DNA of 64,000 bases from Bacillota bacterium (GTDB lineage: Bacteria > Bacillota > Sulfobacillia > JAMCWA01). Below are positions 18,500 to 27,420 of this stretch, piece by piece. Every line of letters starts with the position of its first letter. Position 1 is the first letter of the stretch. The stretch covers positions 31,081-95,080 of the forward strand of contig JAMCWA010000034.1 in assembly GCA_023475165.1 (NCBI GenBank), given 5' to 3'. Below the pieces are notes generated by a model that was given only the letters and a program-made list of their open reading frames with translations, searched no databases and was not told where the DNA came from. Position numbers and translations under genes: made by a program.

Positions 18500-20186
18500 C
18501 TTATATAACCTCCGAGAAAAAACAGCCGTCGCCAGGCAGGAATGGGTTGAATCCACCCTGGCCAGACTCTCCTTGGAGGAAAAGATAGGGCAGCTTTTCA
18601 TGGTCACCTTTGCCGGGACCGAGATTTCTCCGGAACTGGTAAACTTCCTTCTTGGTCATCATATTGGTGGGGTGACCATTGGCGGCCGGAATATTACCAG
18701 TCCCGCTCAGATTGCCGCCCTGAACCTGGGACTGCAGTCAGCCTTCAAAAATGCCGGTGCCCCCCCGCTCCTCGTTTCTTTGACCCAGGAAGGGGGGATT
18801 GTCACCCGGTGGCACTATCCGGCCACCATCGTCCCTTCGGCCATGGCCATCGGGGCCACCGGCTCTTTGGAACTGGCCAAGGAGTGTGCCCGGGTGACCG
18901 CTCGGGAGTTGCGGGCGGCCGGTTTTAACCTCAACTTTGCCCCTACGGTAGACGTAAACAACAACCCGCTAAACCCCGTCATCGGTACCCGGTCTTACGG
19001 TGAAGTGCCGGAGCAAGTGGCCAGGTTCGCTGTAGCCGCCATCCTGGGACAGAGAGAGGTCGGCCTCGCCTCTTGTGCCAAGCACTTCCCCGGTCATGGG
19101 GATACCAGCGTCGATTCTCATCTTGGGCTGCCGGTGATACCCCATGGACTGGAACGGCTGGAAGAGGTGGAACTGGTCCCCTTCCGGGCGGCCATTGCCG
19201 CCGGGGTGGAGACGGTGATGACGGCCCACATCCTCTTCCCGGCTCTGGACGGCCAAAGGCCAGCCACCTTGTCCCGGGCTGTTCTGACGGGTCTGCTGCG
19301 CGAACGACTGGGTTTTGCCGGCCTGATCATCACCGATTCCATGACCATGGAGGCCATCGCCGCCAATTACGACCTGGGCGAGGCCGCTGTCCTGGCCCTG
19401 GAGGCCGGGGCGGACATCCTGCTCACCGGTGGAGACAGGAAAACCCAAGAAGAGATGTATCAGGCGGTCCTAAAAGGAGTGGAAAATGGCCGTTTGGGGA
19501 TCGATCAAATCGAAAAATCCCTGCGACGCATCCTGGGCTTGAAGTGGGACCTGGAAGTGGGGAAAGATCTGGGGCTTTATGCTGAGCAGTCCCAGCAATC
19601 TTCCGTGGGACACTCCGCCGCGCCGGTTGTTTCCTGGCCAGTGCCGGGGCATCTGGATGTGGCCCGAACAACGGCTCGCCGCTCCCTGACCCTGGTCCGC
19701 GATCGGGACGGCCTCGTACCTTTGCGGCTCACCCCCGGCCAGAAACTGGCTCTCATCGAGTTTCGCCTGGTTCGCTTTTCGTTGGTGGAAGAGTCCCGGC
19801 GAACCTCCCGTTATCTGAGCCAACTTTTCCAGAGCCGCTATCATGGCGTGACATCCCTTACTTTGGACCCTTCCCCTTCCCAAGGAGAGAAGAAAGCCGC
19901 CCGAGACCTGGCGGCGGCGGCCGACCTGGTGGTGGTGGCTACCCGTAACACCAATGCTTATGAGGAGCAGGCTCGTCTGGTCAGGGAACTTCTGGCTTTG
20001 GACAAGCCCGTGGTGGTGTTGGCTATCCGCAATCCCTATGATCTGGCCGCCATCCCGGAGGTGGGGAGTTACCTGATAACCTACGGCGACGCCCCTGTCT
20101 CTTTGGAGGCGGCGGTGGCTTGTCTTTTCGGCGATTTCGCACCTGTGGGGAGGTTACCGGTGACCTTGCCCGTCGGAATCGGCTAG
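18489..20186 (+). CDS. Glycoside hydrolase family 3 protein (NagZ-like beta-N-acetylhexosaminidase) with C-terminal domain
   Basis: Motifs EKIGQLFMV, AKHFPGHGDTSVDSHLGLPVIPH and TDSMTMEAI. GTG start overlaps the previous gene. The TAG stop is donated by repeat copy 4. Confidence 0.78.
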   Translation: MNPDLYNLREKTAVARQEWVESTLARLSLEEKIGQLFMVTFAGTEISPELVNFLLGHHIGGVTIGGRNITSPAQIAALNLGLQSAFKNAGAPPLLVSLTQEGGIVTRWHYPATIVPSAMAIGATGSLELAKECARVTARELRAAGFNLNFAPTVDVNNNPLNPVIGTRSYGEVPEQVARFAVAAILGQREVGLASCAKHFPGHGDTSVDSHLGLPVIPHGLERLEEVELVPFRAAIAAGVETVMTAHILFPALDGQRPATLSRAVLTGLLRERLGFAGLIITDSMTMEAIAANYDLGEAAVLALEAGADILLTGGDRKTQEEMYQAVLKGVENGRLGIDQIEKSLRRILGLKWDLEVGKDLGLYAEQSQQSSVGHSAAPVVSWPVPGHLDVARTTARRSLTLVRDRDGLVPLRLTPGQKLALIEFRLVRFSLVEESRRTSRYLSQLFQSRYHGVTSLTLDPSPSQGEKKAARDLAAAADLVVVATRNTNAYEEQARLVRELLALDKPVVVLAIRNPYDLAAIPEVGSYLITYGDAPVSLEAAVACLFGDFAPVGRLPVTLPVGIG

Positions 20187-20345
20187 GAGAGTGCCGACGA
20201 ACTGCGTTTTGAGTGGTGAACCCGGCCGAGCAAAGACGGCACAATCTATGAAAGGCTTGATAATGAACGCTCTTCTGGCGGCTTTAGCCCAATCGTTAGG
20301 GCGAGACCGCGGAAAAAGCCCCATCTTTGTGGCACAATCGCCAGG
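20184..20345 (+). repeat. Repeat family, copy 4
   Basis: CTAGGAGAGTGCCGACGAACTGCGTTTTGAGTGGTGAACCCGGCCGAG...CTGGCGGCTTTAGCCCAATCGTTAGGGCGAGACCGCGGAAAAAGCCCCATC. Its TAG is the GH3 stop codon. Confidence 0.8.
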
Positions 20346-20425
20346 AGAAGTTCTTCGAGGATCTGTCGCAAATTCTAACGATTATGGCGCAATAAGAGTA
20401 GCTTTTTGCGTGGGAGGGAAAAGCG

Positions 20426-22078
20426 GTGGGTGACTACGTCCTGGTGGAGGGATTTAACGAGATTTATGATGCCTCGACGGCTGTGGAGTTGAGCTCTCCT
20501 CTCAGTTCCTACACCTTAACCCTTAAGGCCTGGTTGATAAAACAAAAGAAAGGGCAAGCGGTGGCCTGGAACACGGCCAAAATCCCCGAAGAGGCCTTGG
20601 GGAAGCGAGTGATCCTGGTCTGGCCGATGGCCCTGGGAATGGGCTCACGGGTGCCCCAGCCCTCAGGGCAGTTTGATCTTTATTTGAACTCCGAGAAACT
20701 TCTTTCCTTTCGGCTGACCAAGAACCCGGAATTATGGGGCGGCAAAGAGGTCTCTTTCCTCTTCCAGGTCAAACGAGTGGCGCTGGAAGAGGAGCTGGCC
20801 AGCTACGGACTGGCCTTTCTCTCCTTGCCCTGGTCTAAGGTAGAGATCGGCACCAGGGCCACCATCACGGTACGACCCGCAGGTCCCGAGTCGGAACGCT
20901 GGTTCCGGATCGATAAACCCTTCGGTGGAGAGGCGACAAAGAGCAATTTCCTGGAGGACGGCCTGGCCCGCATCCTGGTGGGTAAAAGGGAGAGACACCG
21001 CCTGGGGCCATATCACCTCTTTTGGGGCGATCTTCACACCCATTCTGGCGGCCACACCGGTGCTGACGGCTGCGGCGATGGGAGCATCGACGAGAACTAC
21101 CTTTACGCCCGCGACGTTTCTAACCTGGACATTTACGCCCTGACGGATCACGACTGGCAGCTGACCTCGCCGGCCATGTGGCGGCAGCGACAGGAAAAGG
21201 CCTTCTCCTATTACGAGCGGGGAAACTTTGTCACTTTCAGCGCCTACGAGTGGAGTTGCCGCGGCGCTACCCGTCACTATGGCCACCGGAACATCTACTT
21301 TCTGGACGACGGCCAACCGTTCTTCTCGTACAAGGACGAGAACTCCGATACACCGGCCAAACTGTGGGCAGCCCTGGAGAAGACGGGAGCCGAGGCCCTT
21401 TCCATCGTCCACCATCCGTCCCTGGCCAGGATCGCTTATAACCAGAACTGGGAATACCACAACCCCAAGTTCGAACCTGTCGCCGAGATCTTCTCCGTCT
21501 GGGGAAGCTCAGAAAGCTTTGATAGCCCCGATCGTTCCACTTTCTCCGACCATGTCCCGGGAACCTTCTTGCTGGATGCCCTGCGGAGGGGATACCGTCT
21601 GGGGTTCATTGCCTCCAGCGATGGCCATGACGGCCACCCAGGGGGGGCCGAAGCTTGGACCGGCCTGGCTCTCCGCCCCAAACCGTACGGGAGCGGCTTG
21701 GTGGCGGTCTATGCGGAAGAACTAACCCGGGAGGCCGTTTTCGAAGCCCTGCGCCGGCGTCGCGTCTACGCCGTTACGGGGGCCAGGATCCAACTAGGTT
21801 TTTGGGTAGCTGGTCATTTCATGGGGGAAGAGACGCATATGAAAGCGGGAGTCAGGCCGGAAATCCGGATTTCGGTCGAAGGGATCTTTCCCCTCGAACT
21901 GATCGAGGTCGTCCGGGACGGTCACGTTATCGGGCGCTGGGGCTGGGGAGAAAAGAGGGCGGAAATCTTGCACGTCGACGAGACACCTCCACCCGGTCTG
22001 CATTTTTACTACCTCCGGGTTCGCCAAGGAGATGGGGAAATGGCCTGGTCCAGCCCGGTCTGGGTGGTGGTTTCATGA
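20426..22078 (+). CDS. PHP-domain metal-dependent phosphoesterase, DUF3604-like, paralog 3
   Basis: GTG start with a GGGAGGG SD. PHP motif (WGDLHTHSGGHTGADGCGDG) and tail (FYYLRVRQGDGEMAWSSPVWVV). Confidence 0.6.
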   Translation: MGDYVLVEGFNEIYDASTAVELSSPLSSYTLTLKAWLIKQKKGQAVAWNTAKIPEEALGKRVILVWPMALGMGSRVPQPSGQFDLYLNSEKLLSFRLTKNPELWGGKEVSFLFQVKRVALEEELASYGLAFLSLPWSKVEIGTRATITVRPAGPESERWFRIDKPFGGEATKSNFLEDGLARILVGKRERHRLGPYHLFWGDLHTHSGGHTGADGCGDGSIDENYLYARDVSNLDIYALTDHDWQLTSPAMWRQRQEKAFSYYERGNFVTFSAYEWSCRGATRHYGHRNIYFLDDGQPFFSYKDENSDTPAKLWAALEKTGAEALSIVHHPSLARIAYNQNWEYHNPKFEPVAEIFSVWGSSESFDSPDRSTFSDHVPGTFLLDALRRGYRLGFIASSDGHDGHPGGAEAWTGLALRPKPYGSGLVAVYAEELTREAVFEALRRRRVYAVTGARIQLGFWVAGHFMGEETHMKAGVRPEIRISVEGIFPLELIEVVRDGHVIGRWGWGEKRAEILHVDETPPPGLHFYYLRVRQGDGEMAWSSPVWVVVS

Positions 22079-22278
22079 TGTTTTTCCTGTCAGGCAGGAA
22101 CCTGATTGCCCACCGCGAAATATACTTTTGTCAGAAGTTGAATGACGCTGCCGTTTTTCAAGGAAACACCCTTGCCCCGCTCGGTACGCTGAGGCATAAG
22201 AAGGTCACAGACGACGGTTGATCGGCGGGGACTCCAGCGCCCACTTATGAAGTAAACCTACGGAAGGTAAGGAAAAGG

Positions 22279-23505
22279 ATGAAGAAACGACGTCTCCTGG
22301 CTACCGGAAAACCAGAGCTCTTGAAAAATATCAACGTCGGGCTGATCCTGGACATCATCAAGGGGCAAGGACCCATCTCGCGGGCGGAAATCGCCCGGGT
22401 TTCGGGGATTAGTCCTCCCACCGTCTCCCACCTGGTCAACCGCCTGGCGCAAGAGGGGGTGGTGGAAGAAATCGGCTTTGGCACTTCCATCGGCGGGCGG
22501 CGGCCAGTTCTGGTTCGCTTTAATCCAGCCGCCGCCTTTGTACTGGGTGTCGACGTCGGTGGCAGCCGCTGCTCCGCCGGCCTCACCGACCTGGCCGGTC
22601 GTATCCTGGCTAAAGAGGAGGTCCATTATCCACCCCGTGGCGGCGAGAGGTCGCTGATGATCATCGAGGACTTGATCCGCCACCTCCTGGAACAAGCCCC
22701 GGGTGGGAGGAAGAAGGTCAGGGGAATCGGCTTGGGGGTACCGGGTTTTGTCGATAGCCGACAGGGTCGGGTTTTGCTGGCGGCGGGCCTGCGATGGGAG
22801 AATATGGCACTGAAGGAACATTTGCAGAATTCCTTCGACCTGCCCGTCTTTCTCGACAACAATGTCCGGACCCTGCTCCGGGGGGAGAAGTGGTTTGGTC
22901 AGGCCCGGGGTAAGGAGAATGCCCTGTATATTCTCATTGGTCTGGGTATCGGGGCCGGAGTCATGATCGGAGGCGAGATTTACCCCGGGACGGATCAGGC
23001 GGCCGGCGAAATCCGCTATACCCTGCTGGATCGCCGTGCCCTACAATTGGCGCCGGAACCCGGCGGCTTTTTGGAGGGGAGGGTGGCGGCGGGCGGTGTG
23101 ACTGCCCGGGCGCGGGAAGGCTGGATGAGCACCGGGTCCTGGCCACCGTCACCAGTCCAAACGGCGGGAGAGCTCAAAGTCTCCGAGGTTTTCGCGGCGG
23201 CGGGGCAGGGGGATCCCTTAGCTAACAAGGTGACCCAGGAGATGGTGGACTACCTGGGAATGACGGTGGTGAACCTGGCCTGCCTGCTTAATCCGGAAGT
23301 GGTTATCTTTGGAGGTGAAGTACCGGAAGCGTACCCCGAACTGTTGGAAAGAGTAAGGGGTATAGTGTCTCGCTTTTGCCCATATCCACCGGCGCTGGTC
23401 GGTACGGAGTTACGGGAAGATGCCGGCATCCTGGGCTCAGTGGCCGGGATCCTGGCGCAGGAAAGAAGGACCTTGTCTTTCTTGGGCTATGATCTCCTGG
23501 CCTGA
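22279..23505 (+). CDS. ROK-family transcriptional regulator (NagC/XylR-like)
   Basis: N-terminal HTH (ISRAEIARVSGISPPTVSHLVNRL) followed by a ROK sugar-kinase-like fold. SD is AAGGAAAAGG. A rho-independent terminator lies downstream. Confidence 0.8.
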   Translation: MKKRRLLATGKPELLKNINVGLILDIIKGQGPISRAEIARVSGISPPTVSHLVNRLAQEGVVEEIGFGTSIGGRRPVLVRFNPAAAFVLGVDVGGSRCSAGLTDLAGRILAKEEVHYPPRGGERSLMIIEDLIRHLLEQAPGGRKKVRGIGLGVPGFVDSRQGRVLLAAGLRWENMALKEHLQNSFDLPVFLDNNVRTLLRGEKWFGQARGKENALYILIGLGIGAGVMIGGEIYPGTDQAAGEIRYTLLDRRALQLAPEPGGFLEGRVAAGGVTARAREGWMSTGSWPPSPVQTAGELKVSEVFAAAGQGDPLANKVTQEMVDYLGMTVVNLACLLNPEVVIFGGEVPEAYPELLERVRGIVSRFCPYPPALVGTELREDAGILGSVAGILAQERRTLSFLGYDLLA

Positions 23506-23546
23506 AAACACAGGGGAATTCCCGGGACACTTGTAACTGCCCTTTT

Positions 23547-23576
23547 GGCCGCCATTTTGGCGGCCTTTTTTCGTTT
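23547..23576 (+). terminator. Rho-independent terminator after the ROK regulator gene
   Basis: GGCCGCCattttGGCGGCC followed by TTTTTTCGTTTT. Confidence 0.6.
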
Positions 23577-23657
23577 TCTCAAGGAGTCTTCGCGCCCTTT
23601 GCGTCCACCAGACGTATAATATCTCGGAGTTTGCAGCTGCTCTGGAGGGTAATGGGC

Positions 23658-24626
23658 ATGGAGAAAAAGGAAGACGAGATGGGACGCCCGACCTCACTCG
23701 AGGAAGTATTTGATTGGCTGGGAGCTGGGAAGATCAGCTCCAGCGAGGCCTTTGGGCTTTTTCAGGAGGTGGAGAAAGGGGCTTTGGCAGAACCGGACAG
23801 AACCAATCAGAAGGGTTTGGAAGAGGCCATGAAGGAACTGGACAGCCTGATCGGTTTGACGGAGGTAAAGGAGCTGGTCAAGGAAATCCAGGCTTTTGTA
23901 GAGATTCAGAGGCGGCGGGCCAAAGAAAACCTGGTCAGTGAGCCCCTGGTCCTGCATATGATCTTTAAGGGAAATCCGGGTACAGGTAAGACCACCGTGG
24001 CCCGCATCCTCGGAAAGATCTTTCGGGAGATGGGGGTCCTGCAACGCGGCCACCTAGTGGAGGTGGAGCGGGCCGATCTGGTTGGGGAATACATAGGACA
24101 TACCGCCCAGAAAACCCGCGAGCAGATCAAGCGCGCTCTGGGGGGAATTCTCTTCATTGACGAGGCCTATGCCCTGGCCAGGGGCGGCGAAAAGGATTTC
24201 GGCAAGGAGGCCATTGATACCCTGGTCAAGTCCATGGAGGACCACCGTGACAATCTCATCTTGATCCTGGCCGGCTACCTGCAGGAGATGGAGACTTTTG
24301 TCCGCACCAACCCCGGGTTGCGTTCGCGCTTCCCGATTCATATCGATTTCCCGGACTATGATGTGCAGGAACTGCTGGAAATCGCCGAACTGCTGCTAAA
24401 GAAGCGCCAATACCGCTTCAGTCCAGAGGCCAGAGAGGTTTTGACCGCCAGTCTACTGCAAAAGACGGCATCTAAGGAGAGCCACTTCGGCAACGCCCGC
24501 CTGGTAAGAAACATCATTGAGAAGTCTCTTCGGCAGCAGGCGGTCCGCTTGGTCGGTCGTGACCGGCTCACCCGAGACGACCTCATGCTGATCACCCGTT
24601 CCGATATTTTGGGCGCCTTGGACTAG
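23658..24626 (+). CDS. spoVK: Stage V sporulation protein K-like AAA+ ATPase
   Basis: CbbX/SpoVK-type AAA with Walker A (GNPGTGKTTVARILGKIF) and Walker B (ILFIDEAY) motifs. ATG 23658 sits 8 nt from a GGAGGG SD. The TAG stop lies within repeat copy 5. Confidence 0.8.
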   Translation: MEKKEDEMGRPTSLEEVFDWLGAGKISSSEAFGLFQEVEKGALAEPDRTNQKGLEEAMKELDSLIGLTEVKELVKEIQAFVEIQRRRAKENLVSEPLVLHMIFKGNPGTGKTTVARILGKIFREMGVLQRGHLVEVERADLVGEYIGHTAQKTREQIKRALGGILFIDEAYALARGGEKDFGKEAIDTLVKSMEDHRDNLILILAGYLQEMETFVRTNPGLRSRFPIHIDFPDYDVQELLEIAELLLKKRQYRFSPEAREVLTASLLQKTASKESHFGNARLVRNIIEKSLRQQAVRLVGRDRLTRDDLMLITRSDILGALD

Positions 24627-24672
24627 GAGACTCCTCGGAAACCGCGGTTTGACTGGTTAACCGTAACCGGCC
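24624..24672 (+). repeat. Repeat family, degenerate boxB (copy 5)
   Basis: TAGGAGACTCCTCGGAAACCGCGGTTTGACTGGTTAACCG. Its TAG is the spoVK stop. Confidence 0.6.
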
Positions 24673-24691
24673 AGGGAGGAGGGGCAAAGAG

Positions 24692-25294
24692 GTGAATGAC
24701 TGCCTCATGGTGGGCAAACCAAATGTCGGTAAAACCCTCTTCCTTCTCAACTTCGCCGAGTTCCTGGGGGTGAAAATAGGCGAGATCACCAAGGAAAATC
24801 CGGACGGTAGTCTGGAGAGCAAGATTTACCGCCTAGAACAGGCCAAGGCGACCCTGGTCGGCAGTGAACCTCATACTACCAGAGGGCTCCTTTCTTTAAC
24901 CGTAGGACTCCCCATGGGGAAGGGCAAGACCAGACTGACCCTGGTGGATTCTACCGGCCTCACCGATTCCATCCACACGGTGGCGGAAGTCCGGCGGGCC
25001 ATGGTTCAGACCCTGCGGCGCTTGCGAAAGGCGGATCTGATCCTCCACCTGTTGGATGCGGCGGAGATCGGGGAGTCTCCTGCGGCCCTGGCTGAGATTG
25101 ACCGGCAAATCGCCCGCTACGCCTCCAGCCGCTGTCCCTATGCCATCCTGCCCAACAAAATGGACCTCCCGGCGGCCATGGCCGGCCTGCGGTCAATCAA
25201 GGAGGCCTTCCCAAATCAGAACATCCTGCCAGTCTCAGCTCTGCAACGGACGGGTTTTCGGGAGGTGAAGGCGTTTGTCAGTAAGAATCTCTGA
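24692..25294 (+). CDS. Small GTP-binding protein (HSR1/MMR-type GTPase domain)
   Basis: G1 GKPNVGKT, G3 DSTG and G4 NKMD motifs. GTG start with a GGGAGGAGGGG SD. Confidence 0.55.
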   Translation: MNDCLMVGKPNVGKTLFLLNFAEFLGVKIGEITKENPDGSLESKIYRLEQAKATLVGSEPHTTRGLLSLTVGLPMGKGKTRLTLVDSTGLTDSIHTVAEVRRAMVQTLRRLRKADLILHLLDAAEIGESPAALAEIDRQIARYASSRCPYAILPNKMDLPAAMAGLRSIKEAFPNQNILPVSALQRTGFREVKAFVSKNL

Positions 25295-25910
25295 GGTCCT
25301 GGTCGACCTTCTAGCCATTGCCTTGGTGGGACTGGCGATCAAGTTCATGGACGACTGCCTTGACCAGGAACTGGACAGCGCCGCGGGGGCGCGAAATTGG
25401 GCCTGCTGGCTGGGCCGCGGCCTCGTCCCGTACGCCATGCTCTGCCTGGGTCTGGCGGCCGGAATGCGTCCGGCCTTGAGCGTTCCGCTTTTCCTGGCCG
25501 CCTATGCCCTGGGGATGGTCAACGCCCCCCTGACCCTGAATCCCTCTGGATTTCTGGCTGCCTGGGAATCACTGACGGTACTTCTCCTCGGGCTGGTCCT
25601 TTTTGGCTGGCGAGCCATTCTTTGGGCTTCATGTCTAATTCTGGCCATACAAATGGGTGACGACTTCTTGGACAGCCGGTCCAGCGAACCAGCGGAGTAC
25701 AAGGCGCAACGGGGCTGCTCAGAATCCGGGCCGGTAGGAGCATCCTTACCCTCAAGAGGGACCTCGCGTTGGCCTTCCTTGGATCAGGTGGAAAGGGCCC
25801 TGATCTTTCTGATTCTTCTCCTGGTGTCCTTACGACTTCACTTTCTCCCAAGCCTTTACGCCTTGTTGGCCGCGGCCTTCATTATGTTCCTGACGAGCAG
25901 GCTACCCTAG
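25275..25910 (+). CDS. Integral membrane protein (hypothetical)
   Basis: Multiple hydrophobic helices. TTG start with a GGAGGTG SD, overlapping the previous gene. The TAG stop is donated by repeat copy 6. Confidence 0.4.
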   Translation: MSVRISEVLVDLLAIALVGLAIKFMDDCLDQELDSAAGARNWACWLGRGLVPYAMLCLGLAAGMRPALSVPLFLAAYALGMVNAPLTLNPSGFLAAWESLTVLLLGLVLFGWRAILWASCLILAIQMGDDFLDSRSSEPAEYKAQRGCSESGPVGASLPSRGTSRWPSLDQVERALIFLILLLVSLRLHFLPSLYALLAAAFIMFLTSRLP

Positions 25911-25975
25911 GAGACTGCTGACGAACTGCGGTTTGAGTGGTCAACCCGCCCGAGAAAGTGGGTCGGCCGTGCGGA
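25906..25975 (+). repeat. Repeat family, boxB (copy 6)
   Basis: CCTAGGAGACTGCTGACGAACTGCGGTTTGAGTGGTCAACCCGCCCGAG. Its TAG is the stop of the membrane-protein gene. Confidence 0.8.
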
Positions 25976-25989
25976 GGGAGGAGTATGTG

Positions 25990-26214
25990 ATGGATTGGTT
26001 TACTGTGGTCATAATCAACCTCCTGTTCCTTCTGCTAGGCTATGCCCTGGGGCGGCGACGCGGTCTGCTTCAGGGGGAGAAGCATGGGATGGTCGTCACA
26101 CCCCTCCTCCTGAAAGAGGAGGTCCTTTCCCGCGGCATCTGCCCCCTCTGTGGAACAGCGTTTTTCACCATGGAGGAGCAGGTCCATCCTCGGCCGGACA
26201 GGCTAACAGAATAG
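25990..26214 (+). CDS. Small membrane-anchored protein with CxxC pair (hypothetical)
   Basis: ATG 25990 with a GGAGGGAGGAG SD. One TM helix and a C...CPLC motif. Confidence 0.3.
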   Translation: MDWFTVVIINLLFLLLGYALGRRRGLLQGEKHGMVVTPLLLKEEVLSRGICPLCGTAFFTMEEQVHPRPDRLTE

Positions 26215-26227
26215 CCATTCCGCTGCA

Positions 26228-27184
26228 GTGAATAATACTCCTGTGACCGGAAAATTCCCAAACGGGGGTGTTCCCTTGCCTTTTCCGACGCGACGTCAGA
26301 GAAAGGGGTATGACCGGCCCGAAAGGGGCGCATCGACTTGGGCCATCAGCCTCCTAACCGGGGTTCTGGTGTTAGGCGCCGTCAGTGAGAGGAACCTCGG
26401 GGGACTGGTGGCCGCTCTAACCCTCTGGCTGAGCCTGGTCCTTTTTTTTGACCTTTATCCTTGGACAAGCATTCCGGCCAGGAATAGGCCCGGGGGGCGG
26501 CACCGGCGGGTTGGTCTGACCATCCTCCTCTTGACCCTGGCAATCCTAGGCTTCAGCCTGGTGGAAGGTTACTTTGACTTGATGCAAGCTCGGCGCCAAG
26601 TAGAGGAAGCCCTGCACCGGGGTCTAGCTCATCTTATGGGGCAGGTGCCCGGGGCCCCTTCGCTCTTGGGTAATCCCGAGTTTGGGAGGCAGGGCGACCA
26701 GAGAAAAACGGGCGCGGAGAAAGCCCCGAGAGCGGAGGAGCCCCAGCCCTCTATTACACGAGCTGGAACGGAGAAGGCTCTAGCTTTCCCCATTGGCCTG
26801 GAACCAGGTCAACCTATCCCGGCCCTGGTAACGCGAGTAGTCGATCCGGGCACCCTAATCCTGGACGGAAAGGTGAAAGCAAAGCTGGCCGGACTGGCCC
26901 CACCGCCTCGGGAATCTCCCGCCTATGAAGAGGCCCTCCTCTACCTGAAAGTGCTGGTTGGTCAGGAACAAGTTGAAGTCTCCTTCTGCCCCTATAACCA
27001 AGACTCGGAGGAACTGTATGCCGTGGTCTCTTTTCGAGGCCAGTCTTTGAACCTGGAACTTCTGGAGAGGGGCCTGGCCCTGGTCAATAAGACCGCCGGT
27101 AGTGACTTTGACCTGTTGACCTGGGAACTCAAGGAAAGGACCGCCCAGAAGAACCGCCGCGGCTTCTGGACCGCCGTCAGGTAA
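26228..27184 (+). CDS. Membrane-anchored thermonuclease (SNase)-like domain protein
   Basis: The C-terminal 130 aa (ALVTRVVDPGTLILDG...GQEQVEV...LLERGLALV...RRGFW) is SNase-like. The catalytic D and E positions look altered, so it may be non-catalytic. The N-terminal half has TM segments. Confidence 0.5.
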   Translation: MNNTPVTGKFPNGGVPLPFPTRRQRKGYDRPERGASTWAISLLTGVLVLGAVSERNLGGLVAALTLWLSLVLFFDLYPWTSIPARNRPGGRHRRVGLTILLLTLAILGFSLVEGYFDLMQARRQVEEALHRGLAHLMGQVPGAPSLLGNPEFGRQGDQRKTGAEKAPRAEEPQPSITRAGTEKALAFPIGLEPGQPIPALVTRVVDPGTLILDGKVKAKLAGLAPPPRESPAYEEALLYLKVLVGQEQVEVSFCPYNQDSEELYAVVSFRGQSLNLELLERGLALVNKTAGSDFDLLTWELKERTAQKNRRGFWTAVR

Positions 27185-27216
27185 ATGACATCAACATGAC
27201 CTGAACTTGACTTTCC

Positions 27217-27247
27217 CTTGATAAGCAGAACCGACGGATGGTATAAT
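27217..27247 (+). promoter_or_regulatory. Sigma-A-type promoter (TTGATA, 19 nt, TGgTATAAT) for the ynbB-like–glnA unit
   Basis: A -35 TTGATA at 27217-27222 and an extended -10 at 27239-27247. A 170-nt leader follows. Confidence 0.4.
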
Positions 27248-27265
27248 CAAGCCCAGGGAGGAGGT

Positions 27266-27318
27266 CTAAGGAGACCGCCGAAAAACCCCCATCGGTGTGG
27301 CGCAATCCGCCGAGGAAT
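27266..27318 (-). repeat. Repeat family, boxA-type end in the ynbB leader (copy 7)
   Basis: GGAGACCGCCGAAAAACCCCCATCGGTGTGGCGCAATCCGCC is the reverse complement of the boxA end plus the GTGTGGCGCAATC module. Confidence 0.65.
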
Positions 27319-27420
27319 TTTCCCTTTTAATATCCTGCCGAAAGCGCCAAGGATTTAACCGGTGCCCCCGCAGGGCACCTGGGAAAAAGTCAATTCTCTG
27401 ACAAGAGAGGCCAACCCCTG

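Noticed and set aside
20191-20433. 80-aa ORF
   Set aside because: Lies entirely within repeat copy 4 and its flank. No SD.
23593-23614. Possible sigE/sigK-type -10 (cgTATAATA) upstream of spoVK
   Set aside because: Ambiguous match and the -35 spacing is unclear. Mentioned only as a hint.
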